Of a stretch of DNA of 64,000 nt, positions 46,225 through 55,263 are shown in pieces. The stretch comes from Brevibacterium luteolum. Lineage in GTDB: Bacteria > Actinomycetota > Actinomycetes > Actinomycetales > Brevibacteriaceae. Within the stretch, counting starts at the first letter, position 1. The number at the start of each line of letters is the position of its first letter. The stretch covers positions 1 through 64,000 of the forward strand of contig NZ_JABEMC010000005.1 of assembly GCF_013004595.1 (NCBI RefSeq). The letters are read 5' to 3'. Under the pieces are notes generated by a model. It did not search any database. It was given only the letters and a program-made list of their open reading frames with translations, and was not told where the DNA came from. Position numbers and translations under genes: made by a program.

Positions 46225-47514
46225 GTGACAACCCACCTGATGAAGACGCGGCGGGCGCAGACCACTGGTGCCCTGGCTGCCGGCGCCGCGCTCACACTGG
46301 CCCTCAGCGCCTGCGCCGGCAGCGCCGGCGGGGGCGGCGGAGGCGAAGGCGGCGGTGACGGCTTCGCGTACGGCGCCGACCAGTCCGAGGTCGATGAGCT
46401 CATCAAGGATCTCGACCCGGTCACCATCAAGTACCAGCCCTCGTCGGCCAGCGCGCAGTCGGTCATGGCCCCGACAGGCACCGTGTTCAAGGAGCTCGTC
46501 GAGGAGCGCTCCGGCGGCAAGATCACTGTCGACATCGTGTGGGGTCAGGCGATCGCCTCCTACGCTGAGGTGCATGACGCCCTGGCCGACGGCCGTGTAG
46601 ACGTGGCCTATACGCTGCCGGGCTACTTCCCCGATGAGTTCCCGGTCATCGATGCGATCGGCACCGCGATGGCCGACCAGCCGGCCTCGCCGTTCTCCGG
46701 CGAGCTCGTGACCAACGCCGTCGGCAGCGACATCGCCTGGCAGATCCCGGAGGCGATCGAGGAATACGAGTCCAAGGGCCTCGTTCCGCTCACGCCGTTC
46801 GCCGCCTCGGGCGGGTACTACAACGTGTGCGCAGAGCCGACCTCTTCTGCCGATGACTGGAAGGGACGCCAGATCCGCATCGCCTCGCAGGCCCAGGCTG
46901 CGCAGGTGACGAAGCTCGGCGGCTCACCGGTCTCGCTGCCGTACCCGGAGACCTATGAGGCGCTGCAGCGCGGCACCGTCGACTGCACGCTCGGCCAGCT
47001 CGTGCCCTCAGCCGAGTCCGGCATCTTCGATGTCGCACCGAACCTCGGCTACACCACCGACCACTCCTTCTCGCGTACAGCCGGCGCCTACCTGGCCGGC
47101 CAGACGTTCACGGAGCTTCCGCTGGCCTACCAGCAGATCATCTTCGACTCGAATGCCCTGGCCGCCTCCGGCGGCATGAAGGCCGTCATCGACGGCAACG
47201 CCGATGCCATCAGCCAGGCGAAGGCGGCCGGTGGTGAGGTCGAGCCGTTCGACGATGATGTGCAGGACAACGTCGGCGAGTACTCCCAGGAGCTCATCAA
47301 GCAGGCCGTCACCGACGGCAAGCTGAGCCAGGAGAACGTCAACGCGATCGCCGAGGCGACTAAGCGCCAGCAGCGCGCGATCGAGGACCTCGGCTACGTC
47401 GACGACGGTGAGACCGGTGACTTCGACGAGTGGTACGACAAGGACACCGACTACACCGAGTTCGCCAAGCACAACTACGAAAACGGCAGGGCGATGGAGC
47501 ACCGCCCGAGCTGA
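46225..47514 (+). CDS. dctP: TRAP substrate-binding lipoprotein, copy 1
   Basis: AAGGAG RBS before GTG, LSAC lipobox, ALADGRVD, KGRQIR, ETYEALQRGTVD. Confidence 0.88.
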   Translation: MTTHLMKTRRAQTTGALAAGAALTLALSACAGSAGGGGGGEGGGDGFAYGADQSEVDELIKDLDPVTIKYQPSSASAQSVMAPTGTVFKELVEERSGGKITVDIVWGQAIASYAEVHDALADGRVDVAYTLPGYFPDEFPVIDAIGTAMADQPASPFSGELVTNAVGSDIAWQIPEAIEEYESKGLVPLTPFAASGGYYNVCAEPTSSADDWKGRQIRIASQAQAAQVTKLGGSPVSLPYPETYEALQRGTVDCTLGQLVPSAESGIFDVAPNLGYTTDHSFSRTAGAYLAGQTFTELPLAYQQIIFDSNALAASGGMKAVIDGNADAISQAKAAGGEVEPFDDDVQDNVGEYSQELIKQAVTDGKLSQENVNAIAEATKRQQRAIEDLGYVDDGETGDFDEWYDKDTDYTEFAKHNYENGRAMEHRPS

Positions 47515-47523
47515 CCGGCACGT

Positions 47524-47581
47524 CGCCTGGGCGGCACAGCGCCTGGGCGGCACAGCGCCTGGGCGGCTCAGTGCCTGGGCG
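47524..47581. repeat. Tandem repeat, ~3.6 x 16 bp (CGCCTGGGCGGCACAG)
   Basis: Units at 47524, 47540, 47556 and a partial unit at 47572. Confidence 0.85.
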
Positions 47582-47615
47582 CTGAACAGCTGACCGGCAC
47601 GCACGCGCAGCGGTA

Positions 47616-47631
47616 TGTGAGGACTCTCATA
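47616..47631. promoter_or_regulatory. CRP/GlxR-like box upstream of the second dctP
   Basis: TGTGA-GGACTC-TCATA. Confidence 0.55.
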
Positions 47632-47667
47632 GACCGCTGCGCGTGCGCTGTCCATAAGATGTTTGAC

Positions 47668-48966
47668 ATGACACGACTGCCTGCCTCCGGATCATCACCC
47701 CGCCCGGCGCTCACTCGCCGCCTGCTCGCCACCGCGGCCGCCTCGGCGGCGGTCATGCTGGCCGGATGTGCAGGGTCGGCCGGCGGCCAGTCGACGAACA
47801 GTGCGGGCGCCGGCGGCGGCTTCGACTACGGTGCCGAACAGGCCGACGTCGATGCGGCACTGGCTGACCTGGACCCGGTGACGATCACCTACCAGCCGAC
47901 GGCTGCCAGCGAGAAGTCCGTCATGGCACCCGGCGGCACGGTGCTGGCCGAGGAGATCGAGAAGCGCTCCGGCGGCAAGATCAGCGTCGACATCGTGTGG
48001 GGGCAGGCGATCGCCGGCTACACCGAAGTCCACGATGCGCTCGCCGACGGGCGCGTCGACCTGGCCTTCACGCTGCCGGCCTACGACCCGGCCGAGTTCC
48101 CCGCCTTCGATGCGATGAGCACCTCGCTTGCGCTGCTGCCGACCTCGCCGTATGCCGGTGAGCTCGTCGCCAATGCCGCCGGTGCCGAGGTGGCGTGGGG
48201 CTCCGATGCGCTGGTCGAGGAGTTCGAGGAGCAGGGGCTGAGCCCGCTCATCCCGCTCATCGCCTCCGGCGGGTACTACACGATCTGCACCGACCCGCTG
48301 GAGACTGCTGAGGACTTCGACGGCCGGCAGATCCGGATCGGATCCTCGGCCCAGTCCGAGCAGATCCAGAACCTCGGTGCGACTCCGGTGTCGCTGCCGT
48401 TCCCGGAGACCTATGAGGCGCTGCAGCGCAACACCATCGACTGCGACCTCGGCCAGCTCATCCCGGCCGCCGAATCCGGGATGTTCGACGTCGCCAAGCA
48501 CATCGCCTACCCGACCGAGCACAGCTTCTCCCGCTCCCCTGGGGCGTATATGGCAGGCAAGACCTACCGTGAGCTGCCGCTTGCCTATCAGCAGGTCATC
48601 TACGATGCGATGATCGCCGCCTTCGACGGGCAGATGCAGGTCTCCGTAGGCGGCAATGCGGTGGCAGTCGGGGCGGTCAAGGATGCCGGCGGGACCATCA
48701 CCGAGTTCCCGTCCGAGGTGCAGAAGGCACTCGGGGACCAGACGCAGGAGATGAGCCGTGAAGCCGGTGAGCAGGCCGGGCACGACAGCCTCGCCGATGA
48801 CATGGCAGCCGCCGGTGAGAAATGGGGCACGCGCATCGAAGAGCTCGGCTTCACCGACGGCGGCGGAGTTGAAGACCTCGATGAGTGGTACGACGACGGC
48901 ACCGACTACCGGAAGTTCGGCACCGCCGTGTTCGAGGAGGTCTTCACCGAGCACCGGCCGGGGTGA
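47668..48966 (+). CDS. dctP: TRAP substrate-binding lipoprotein, copy 2
   Basis: LAGC lipobox; colinear with copy 1 (SGGKISVDIVWGQAIA, VHDALADGRVD, EHRPG). Confidence 0.88.
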   Translation: MTRLPASGSSPRPALTRRLLATAAASAAVMLAGCAGSAGGQSTNSAGAGGGFDYGAEQADVDAALADLDPVTITYQPTAASEKSVMAPGGTVLAEEIEKRSGGKISVDIVWGQAIAGYTEVHDALADGRVDLAFTLPAYDPAEFPAFDAMSTSLALLPTSPYAGELVANAAGAEVAWGSDALVEEFEEQGLSPLIPLIASGGYYTICTDPLETAEDFDGRQIRIGSSAQSEQIQNLGATPVSLPFPETYEALQRNTIDCDLGQLIPAAESGMFDVAKHIAYPTEHSFSRSPGAYMAGKTYRELPLAYQQVIYDAMIAAFDGQMQVSVGGNAVAVGAVKDAGGTITEFPSEVQKALGDQTQEMSREAGEQAGHDSLADDMAAAGEKWGTRIEELGFTDGGGVEDLDEWYDDGTDYRKFGTAVFEEVFTEHRPG

Positions 48967-49146
48967 GGCCTGCAGATGCCAGCCGCACCATGTCCGCTGC
49001 GCCGGAGTCCCGCAGGGCTCTGAGCGCGGTTCTTCCCATCCTGGTGCGCGGTTCGGATTCTCTCGGGAGAAGGTCGGCTCGTCGGCGAGCTGACCACCTG
49101 CCCTCAAGCACGCGGTAACGCGCTGTCCACAACTGTGGGGGTCAGG

Positions 49147-49175
49147 TTGACTGGCTCAGCCTACCGAAGCATAAT
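49147..49175 (+). promoter_or_regulatory. Near-consensus sigma-70/SigA promoter
   Basis: TTGACT (49147-49152), 17-nt spacer, CATAAT (49170-49175). Confidence 0.75.
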
Positions 49176-49181
49176 CTTGCT

Positions 49182-49222
49182 ATAGCTCCTCGCCGTCCTC
49201 CGGGACTGGCGAGGCTTTTTCT
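49182..49222 (+). ncRNA. Candidate ~40-nt leader RNA / intrinsic terminator between the promoter and the NYN RBS
   Basis: CCTCGCC-GTCC-TCCG-GGAC-T-GGCGAGG followed by CTTTTTC; it sits between the -10 and the GAGGAGG RBS. Confidence 0.55.
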
Positions 49223-49233
49223 TAGAGGAGGCA

Positions 49234-49899
49234 ATGGTGCCGGAACTTCTGCGAGCCGTCGTTGTGGTCGATTATCAGAACGTTCACCTGACTGGGCATG
49301 GTGTGTTCGCGCCCGGTGAGCCGAAACACAAGAGCTTGATCGATCCCGGTCGATTCGGACGCAAGCTGATCCAGGTCCGCAATTCGAAACAGCGTCATTC
49401 GAAATACCACGCAGACTTGAGCAGGGTCGTTGTCTACCGCGGTCTGCCTATCCCCGAACATGACCCGGATGATTATGCGCGCAATCAAGCTCAGAAGGCT
49501 GAGTGGATGAAGGATCCCTTGGTCGAAGTAAATTACCGTCCGCTGAAGTACCAAGTGCTCCGTGACCGAGACGGACGCCCTGCATCTGACTCAAACGGCC
49601 GGCAGATAGTAACGAGCAAGCAGGAGAAGGGTATTGATGTCCTATGCGCTTTGGCACTCGTCCGCGAGGCAATGATGGAGGGTGTTGACCTTGTGATCCT
49701 GGCCTCGCAGGACACCGATCTAGCCCCTGCACTGGAGGAGGCACACTCCGTAGGCGGCGCAAAGATTGAGACGGTCTCCTGGTACGAACCGAAGAACTAT
49801 CGGAGCCGCGAAATCCGCTCTTCCGCAGTCCGGTTGTGGAACACACGTCTGTCGGAATCAGACTTTCGGGCGTGTCTCGATACACGGTCCTACGCCTGA
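49234..49899 (+). CDS. NYN domain (PIN-like) ribonuclease
   Basis: VVVDYQNV, KQEKGIDV, LASQDTDLAPAL acidic motifs intact; codon usage is AT-richer than the flanks. Confidence 0.88.
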   Translation: MVPELLRAVVVVDYQNVHLTGHGVFAPGEPKHKSLIDPGRFGRKLIQVRNSKQRHSKYHADLSRVVVYRGLPIPEHDPDDYARNQAQKAEWMKDPLVEVNYRPLKYQVLRDRDGRPASDSNGRQIVTSKQEKGIDVLCALALVREAMMEGVDLVILASQDTDLAPALEEAHSVGGAKIETVSWYEPKNYRSREIRSSAVRLWNTRLSESDFRACLDTRSYA

Positions 49900-49923
49900 G
49901 CTTCCCATCGATTCGGTAGTTGC

Positions 49924-50853
49924 TCACTCCTCGTGGATGAGCGCGAGGAAGTCCGCAGCCGCCCCGCGCAGCCTGTGACCCTTCGCCCACAGCGCGTGCA
50001 GCTGCCGGTCGAGCCTGACGTCGTCGGCCACCGGAATCTCGACGAGGCTGCCGGTGCGAAGCTCCGACTCGACGGCCAGCCGTGAGATCGCCGCCGGGGC
50101 CAGCCCGGCGAGTGCCGCGACCTTGACGGCGGCATTCGACGGAAACGCCGCAGCCACCTGCACTCCCCCGGCCGCCGCCAGTGCCGCGTCGATGACGCCG
50201 CGGGTGCCTGAGCCCTCCTCCCGGACCACGAGCGGACGCGCCGCCAGTACGGTGGCGGACACGACCTCGGGACCGGCCCACTGCGCCGCGATGGCGGGGG
50301 TTGCGACGATGACCAGCGCGTCAGTGCCGATGAGACGCGCGGTGAGGTCCTCGGGCACCTCAGCCGATTCGATCAGCCCGATGTCGCAGCTGCCCTCGCG
50401 GACCGTGGCGCACACGGCTGCCGTATTGCCGATGCTCATGCCGACATCGGCGTTGGGGTGGGCGGCGCGGAAGCGCTCGAGCCAGCGCGGCAGCAGATGT
50501 TCGGCGATCGTCATCGATGCACTCACCCGCACGCGCGCGCCGACTTCGCGGCGCAGCGCGGCCATCCCGGAGAGCAGGTGGTCGTAGCCGGTCATGATCT
50601 CTGCGGCCCAGGCGGCGAGCGCCTGGCCCTGCGGGGTGAGCTTGGTGCCGCGCGGGCTGCGGTTGAGCAGCGGGATGCCGGATTCGCGTTCGAAGGCGCG
50701 CAGCATCCGCGAGGCGTTGGGCTGGGCGAGGTCGAGGGCCCGGGCGGCCTGCCCGATCGAGGTGGTGTGCCGATCGAGCTCGACGAGCAGGGCCAGCACC
50801 TGCGGGTCCGGCAGGCGGCCAGCTGGCGGGCGCACATCATTCGGCGAGGTCAT
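49924..50853 (-). CDS. LysR family regulator (YeiE/CysL-like)
   Basis: SIGQAARALDLAQPNAS HTH, ASMTIAEHLLP, REEGSGTR; divergent from the YeiH gene. Confidence 0.92.
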   Translation of the reverse strand: MTSPNDVRPPAGRLPDPQVLALLVELDRHTTSIGQAARALDLAQPNASRMLRAFERESGIPLLNRSPRGTKLTPQGQALAAWAAEIMTGYDHLLSGMAALRREVGARVRVSASMTIAEHLLPRWLERFRAAHPNADVGMSIGNTAAVCATVREGSCDIGLIESAEVPEDLTARLIGTDALVIVATPAIAAQWAGPEVVSATVLAARPLVVREEGSGTRGVIDAALAAAGGVQVAAAFPSNAAVKVAALAGLAPAAISRLAVESELRTGSLVEIPVADDVRLDRQLHALWAKGHRLRGAAADFLALIHEE

Positions 50854-50880
50854 GGCCCTCAGTGTGCACCCGAAGCCCGG

Positions 50881-50899
50881 TCATATCAAGTTCATATGA
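50881..50899. promoter_or_regulatory. LysR-type T-N11-A box
   Basis: TCATAT-CAAGTTC-ATATGA inverted repeat between lysR and the YeiH gene. Confidence 0.7.
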
Positions 50900-50956
50900 G
50901 AGTGAGACGGAACTGGGGTCTACTGCCAGCTCTCCTGCCTCCCCAGAGTGGAGGGC

Positions 50957-52078
50957 ATGGCAGAGAACAACGACTCGGCGGCGACCCGGGCAGGCGCGAC
51001 CGCCGCCCCGGCACGCCAATCCCAGACCAGCCCGGCCGCCCCGCACAGGCCGGGCCACAGGCTCACCGACCACCGCCTCGGGAAGTTCCTCCCCGGGCTT
51101 GCCGTGTGCGCCGCGGCCACGCCGATGGCGATGGGGATCGCGCACTTCGTGCCGCTGGCCTCCGCGCTGCTCATCGCGATCATCCTCGGCATCGTGCTGC
51201 GCAACGTGATGGGCGAGCTGCCGGGATCGTGGGCTGCGGGCATGCAGTTCTCCGCGAAGAAGATCCTGCGTCTGGGCATCATCCTGCTCGGCGCGCAGCT
51301 GGTGCTCGGTGACATTGTGTCGCTGGGCTGGAAGATGATCCTCGTCGTCATCGCCGTTGTCGCCATCGGCATGCTCGGCACGTTCGGGCTCGGCCGCGCG
51401 CTCGGCATGGGCCGCGATCTGTCACTGCTCATCGGCTGCGGCTTCTCGATCTGCGGTGCCGCCGCGATCGCCGGCGTCGAGTCGACGGTGCGCGCCCGCA
51501 AGGAGGACGTCGCTGCCGCGATCGCCCTCGTCGTGCTCTTCGGCACCCTCATGATCGCCGCCGTCCCGCTCATTGCCGGCCTGCTGGGCCTGGGTGAGGA
51601 GACCGCCGGCATGTGGGCCGGTGCCTCGACCCATGAGGTCGCCCAGGTTGTGGCGATCGGCGGGATCATCGGGCCCGAGGCGCTCAAGGTCGCCGTTGTC
51701 GTCAAGCTCGCCCGGGTGCTCATGCTCGCCCCGATCGTCGCAGTCCTTGCGCTCTCGGTGCGCCGCTCCTCGGCTTCGGCCCTCACTCCGGGCCCGGACT
51801 CCGAGGTCAAGGCCGCCCGCCCGCCGCTGGTGCCGCTGTTCATCATCGGCTTCCTCGCCATGGCGATCATCCGCACGCTCGGCTGGCTGCCCGACTGGGC
51901 CGTCACCGCCGCTGGCATCGGCCAGACGATCGCGCTGACCGCGGCGATGTTCGCCCTCGGCTCCGGCGTGCACATCAAATCTCTCATCAAGCTCGGCTTC
52001 ATGCCGGTGCTGCTGGCCACCCTGTCGACGCTCATCGTCGCCGGTGTCGCAGGCCTCGGCATCTGGCTGGCCGCCTGA
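50957..52078 (+). CDS. YeiH family (putative sulfate/sulfite exporter) membrane protein
   Basis: LRLGIILLG, GFSICGAAAIAG, WAGASTHEVAQVVA, VKLARV. Confidence 0.9.
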   Translation: MAENNDSAATRAGATAAPARQSQTSPAAPHRPGHRLTDHRLGKFLPGLAVCAAATPMAMGIAHFVPLASALLIAIILGIVLRNVMGELPGSWAAGMQFSAKKILRLGIILLGAQLVLGDIVSLGWKMILVVIAVVAIGMLGTFGLGRALGMGRDLSLLIGCGFSICGAAAIAGVESTVRARKEDVAAAIALVVLFGTLMIAAVPLIAGLLGLGEETAGMWAGASTHEVAQVVAIGGIIGPEALKVAVVVKLARVLMLAPIVAVLALSVRRSSASALTPGPDSEVKAARPPLVPLFIIGFLAMAIIRTLGWLPDWAVTAAGIGQTIALTAAMFALGSGVHIKSLIKLGFMPVLLATLSTLIVAGVAGLGIWLAA

Positions 52079-52102
52079 GACCGCTCATCCAGTGCCGCTC
52101 AT

Positions 52103-52140
52103 CCAGTGAGACCCCGGGCGCATGTCCGCGGTCTCACTGG
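52103..52140. terminator. Hairpin between convergent genes, preceded by a 14-bp direct repeat
   Basis: CCAGTGAGACC/GGTCTCACTGG; CCGCTCATCCAGTG x2 at 52081-52108. Confidence 0.6.
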
Positions 52141-52159
52141 CGTCTGGCGAGCCTGCGGC

Positions 52160-53542
52160 TCAGCGGCGGGTGCCGGCCGGCTGGCGCGGCCTGCACACCG
52201 CCCGGGACGCCCTGCGAGCGTAGAGGGCTGCGCGCAGGCCGATGAGCACAGTCGCCAGCAGCACGAATGAGGCCGAGAGATTGATCCACAGGAATCCGCC
52301 GAGGCCGAGCACCGTGCCGGCAGTGGCGGCCATGAGCGCGCCGCCGAGGTTCATCGCCGAATCCGAGGCGCCCTGCAGGGTCAGCTTCGCCCGCGCCGGC
52401 ACACTGGCGCTCAGCAGCGCCGAACCGCCGATGAGCGTCATCGACCACGACACCCCGAGCAGGAACAGCGCGGTCGTCAGCAGCGGCATCGAGGAGACAT
52501 CCCGCAGCGCATCGAGGACACCGAGGATGATGGTGATGAAGAAGCTGATGATGCCGGCGATGATGACGGTGAACGGGCCGTACCGGTCGGCCATCCACCC
52601 GAACAGCGGAGACAGCCCGTACATGCCGGCGATGTGGATGCTGATGACGAGCCCGACCTCGCCCAGGTGGAAGCCGTGGTGGTCCATATGCAGCGGTGTC
52701 ATGACCATGACGTTGGTCATCATCATCTGCCCGGCGACGATCGTGATGATGGCGAACAGCGGGACCGGCCGGGCGGCGACGAACCGCAGTGCGTCGATGA
52801 GACCCAGCCGCGACCCGTCGGCCGGGTGCCGGTCATCGGCGGTCTCCCTCGCCTCGGGTGCGGCGGCCTCCGGGCCCGAGGCGGTGGTCCCCGGGCCCGA
52901 GGCGGTGGTCTCCGCTGCCGAGTCAGGTTCCGTTCCGGCAGCGGTCGGCAGCTGACTGGCCACGCGGCCGGGCAGCAGGCCCGTGCACGCGACGGCCAGG
53001 GCGAAGCAGACCATCGAGATGGCATACGGTCCGGCAAGCGGGTTGAGGCCGACCTGCTCTCCGAGCCGGGCACCAGGGGCGGTGAAGTTGGGCCCGAGCA
53101 CCGAGCCGACCGTCGTAGCCCACACGACCAGCGACATCGCCCTCGCCGCGCGGGCAGGGTCGGCCAGATCGACGGCGGCGTAGCGGGCCTGCAGGCCAGC
53201 GGCGGTGGCGGAACCGCACATGAGCATGCCCGCCAGGAACAGCGGCAGCCAGGCGATGATGACGCCGGCGAGCACGACGATCGTGCCGACAGCGCCGATG
53301 CCGAAGCCCAGTGAGAGTGCGAAGCGGCGCCCGCGCGCTGCGGCGAGGGTGGCCAGCGGGTAGGAGATGAGCCCGGCGCCGAGGATGACGGCCATCTGCG
53401 CGAACCCGGCCATCTCGGTGCGTCCGGTGATCTGCTCGGCCAGCAGCCCGCCGACGGCGTATCCGGAGGCGATGCCGGCGCCGGCGAAGAGCTGGGCCCC
53501 CATGAGCGTGAGCTGGCTGCGGACCCGCGGTGAGACCGGCAT
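52160..53542 (-). CDS. MFS transporter
   Basis: About 12 TM helices, GRRFAL, QARYAAVD, VMVMTPLHM, HIAGMY. Confidence 0.9.
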   Translation of the reverse strand: MPVSPRVRSQLTLMGAQLFAGAGIASGYAVGGLLAEQITGRTEMAGFAQMAVILGAGLISYPLATLAAARGRRFALSLGFGIGAVGTIVVLAGVIIAWLPLFLAGMLMCGSATAAGLQARYAAVDLADPARAARAMSLVVWATTVGSVLGPNFTAPGARLGEQVGLNPLAGPYAISMVCFALAVACTGLLPGRVASQLPTAAGTEPDSAAETTASGPGTTASGPEAAAPEARETADDRHPADGSRLGLIDALRFVAARPVPLFAIITIVAGQMMMTNVMVMTPLHMDHHGFHLGEVGLVISIHIAGMYGLSPLFGWMADRYGPFTVIIAGIISFFITIILGVLDALRDVSSMPLLTTALFLLGVSWSMTLIGGSALLSASVPARAKLTLQGASDSAMNLGGALMAATAGTVLGLGGFLWINLSASFVLLATVLIGLRAALYARRASRAVCRPRQPAGTRR

Positions 53543-53693
53543 GCACACGACCTTTCAGATGCTGGACGGCAGGCGGTGCCGCCGAGATTCCAGCGGATTC
53601 GCGCAGCGCTGAGCGGATCCGCCCGATGCCCTCCATCTTGGCATAGGGCCCTGCCACCAGTCGGGACGTGTCAGATCCGGTCTCGGCACAGTC

Positions 53694-54134
53694 TCACCGC
53701 GGGGCTTTGAGGACCTTCATGGTGATGTGGGAACTGACCCGTTCGACGCCGGAGATGCCGGTGAGCACCTGGGAGATGAAGTGTTCGGCGGCCTCCAAGT
53801 CCTTGACGGCGATGCGCACGAGGTAGTCGGGGTTGCCGAACATGCGGCGCAGTTCGATGACCTCATCGCAGTCGATGAGCTCGCCTTCGAAGGTCTCGGC
53901 GATCTGCTTGGTCTTCGTGCCCATGTCGACGTGGACGATGACCTCACACGCCCGCTCGATCGCCGCCGGGTCGATGCGGGCGTGATAGCCGGTGATGATG
54001 CCCTCGGCTTCGAGCCGTCGGACCCGGCGCAGGCACGGTGAGGGGGTGAGACCGACGCGGTCGGCCAGTTCGGTGTTGTTCAGCCGCCCGTCCAGAGCCA
54101 GGTGGTCGATGATAGCGCGATCGATGGTATCCAT
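53694..54134 (-). CDS. Lrp/AsnC family regulator
   Basis: MDTIDRAII...DGR.NNTELADRVGLTPSPCLRRVRRLE. Confidence 0.93.
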   Translation of the reverse strand: MDTIDRAIIDHLALDGRLNNTELADRVGLTPSPCLRRVRRLEAEGIITGYHARIDPAAIERACEVIVHVDMGTKTKQIAETFEGELIDCDEVIELRRMFGNPDYLVRIAVKDLEAAEHFISQVLTGISGVERVSSHITMKVLKAPR

Positions 54135-54205
54135 GAGTGAATCATGCCAAGATTCTCTGCTGAAGGGCAATAGTGGCAATCGCGTGCCAGGCGATTTCTC
54201 CTACC

Positions 54206-55252
54206 ATGAGCCTCATGGTCCACTCCCCTGCACAGCACACGCTGACGCCTGCTTCCCGCCTGCCTGTCTCACCTGCCACGGCGGTCGGTGAGCGCACCGA
54301 CTGGGCCGGTGTCGCCTCGGTCGCTGCTGGTGCTGCCACCTGGGGAGTCGGTGCCGGTGTCGCCGGCTTCATCTTCGCGATCTCGACGATGTCGGCTGCC
54401 ACCGTGACGTTCTGGCGGTTCCTCGCCGCCGGCATCATCCTCGCCCTTGCCTATGAGGCCCGCCGCGTCTTCTCACCTGAGCGCCACGGCGGTGAGCCGA
54501 GCCTGCTGACGATCATGCACCGGCACGGCTTCGCCCTCATCATCATCGGCTCGGCACTCGCCGCCGCCCAGTCGCTCATGTACGCCTCGGTCGCCTCACT
54601 CGGCGCCGGCCTCGGCACGATCGTGCCCCTGGCTGTGAGCCCGGTGGCGATGGCAGTGCTGTCGATGCCGCTGCTGGGCACCCGCCTCAACCTCGCCGGC
54701 TGGCTCACGATGATTCCGCCGCTGGTCGCCATGGCCTGTGTCGTCGGGCTGACGAACGGGGCGACCGCCGCCGAGGTGTCGGTCATCGGCGTGTGCCTGG
54801 CGGTCACCGCCGCGGGTGCGCATGCGCTCATGACGATCTCCTCGAAGCGCCTGTCGACCGGCGGCACCTCGGTGTTCGGCACGACGACGCTGACGTTCCT
54901 CATCGCCTCAACCGCCCTTGCCCCGTTTGCTGCCGCCAACGGCTTCCTCGGCCACACGGACCGGCCGTGGGCGGTCATCGGCTGCCTGGCCGTGCTCGCG
55001 ATCTTCGCCTCGGCGGTCGCCTATCCCCTGTTCTTCACCGGGGTCAAGCGCATCGCCGCGCCGGTGGCGGCGATCGTCATGCTCGTCCAGCTCATCGTCG
55101 CGACCCTCATGGGCACGATCGTGCTCGGCGAGCCGATGCCGGCTGCCGCGTGGCTGGCCCTGGCCGCACTCATCGCCGGCATCACCCTCCACACGCTTGT
55201 GGCCCGCAGCCTGCCGCTGAGCACTCGCCGCGAACGCGTTGCGATGGGCTGA
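54206..55252 (+). CDS. DMT/EamA family transporter
   Basis: Two EamA halves (ATWG, FWRF, AVAYPLFFTG); divergent from the Lrp gene. Confidence 0.85.
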   Translation: MSLMVHSPAQHTLTPASRLPVSPATAVGERTDWAGVASVAAGAATWGVGAGVAGFIFAISTMSAATVTFWRFLAAGIILALAYEARRVFSPERHGGEPSLLTIMHRHGFALIIIGSALAAAQSLMYASVASLGAGLGTIVPLAVSPVAMAVLSMPLLGTRLNLAGWLTMIPPLVAMACVVGLTNGATAAEVSVIGVCLAVTAAGAHALMTISSKRLSTGGTSVFGTTTLTFLIASTALAPFAAANGFLGHTDRPWAVIGCLAVLAIFASAVAYPLFFTGVKRIAAPVAAIVMLVQLIVATLMGTIVLGEPMPAAAWLALAALIAGITLHTLVARSLPLSTRRERVAMG

Positions 55253-55263
55253 GGCTGCATCGA

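Noticed and set aside
49058..49140. Small hairpins and a DnaA-box-like CTGTCCACA upstream of the NYN promoter, as a MITE or origin
   Set aside because: No terminal inverted repeats or target duplication, and only one mismatched box; more likely the dctP terminator region.
52869..52910. 21-bp tandem repeat inside the MFS gene
   Set aside because: An in-frame duplication in the low-complexity central loop (TTASGP x2); unremarkable.
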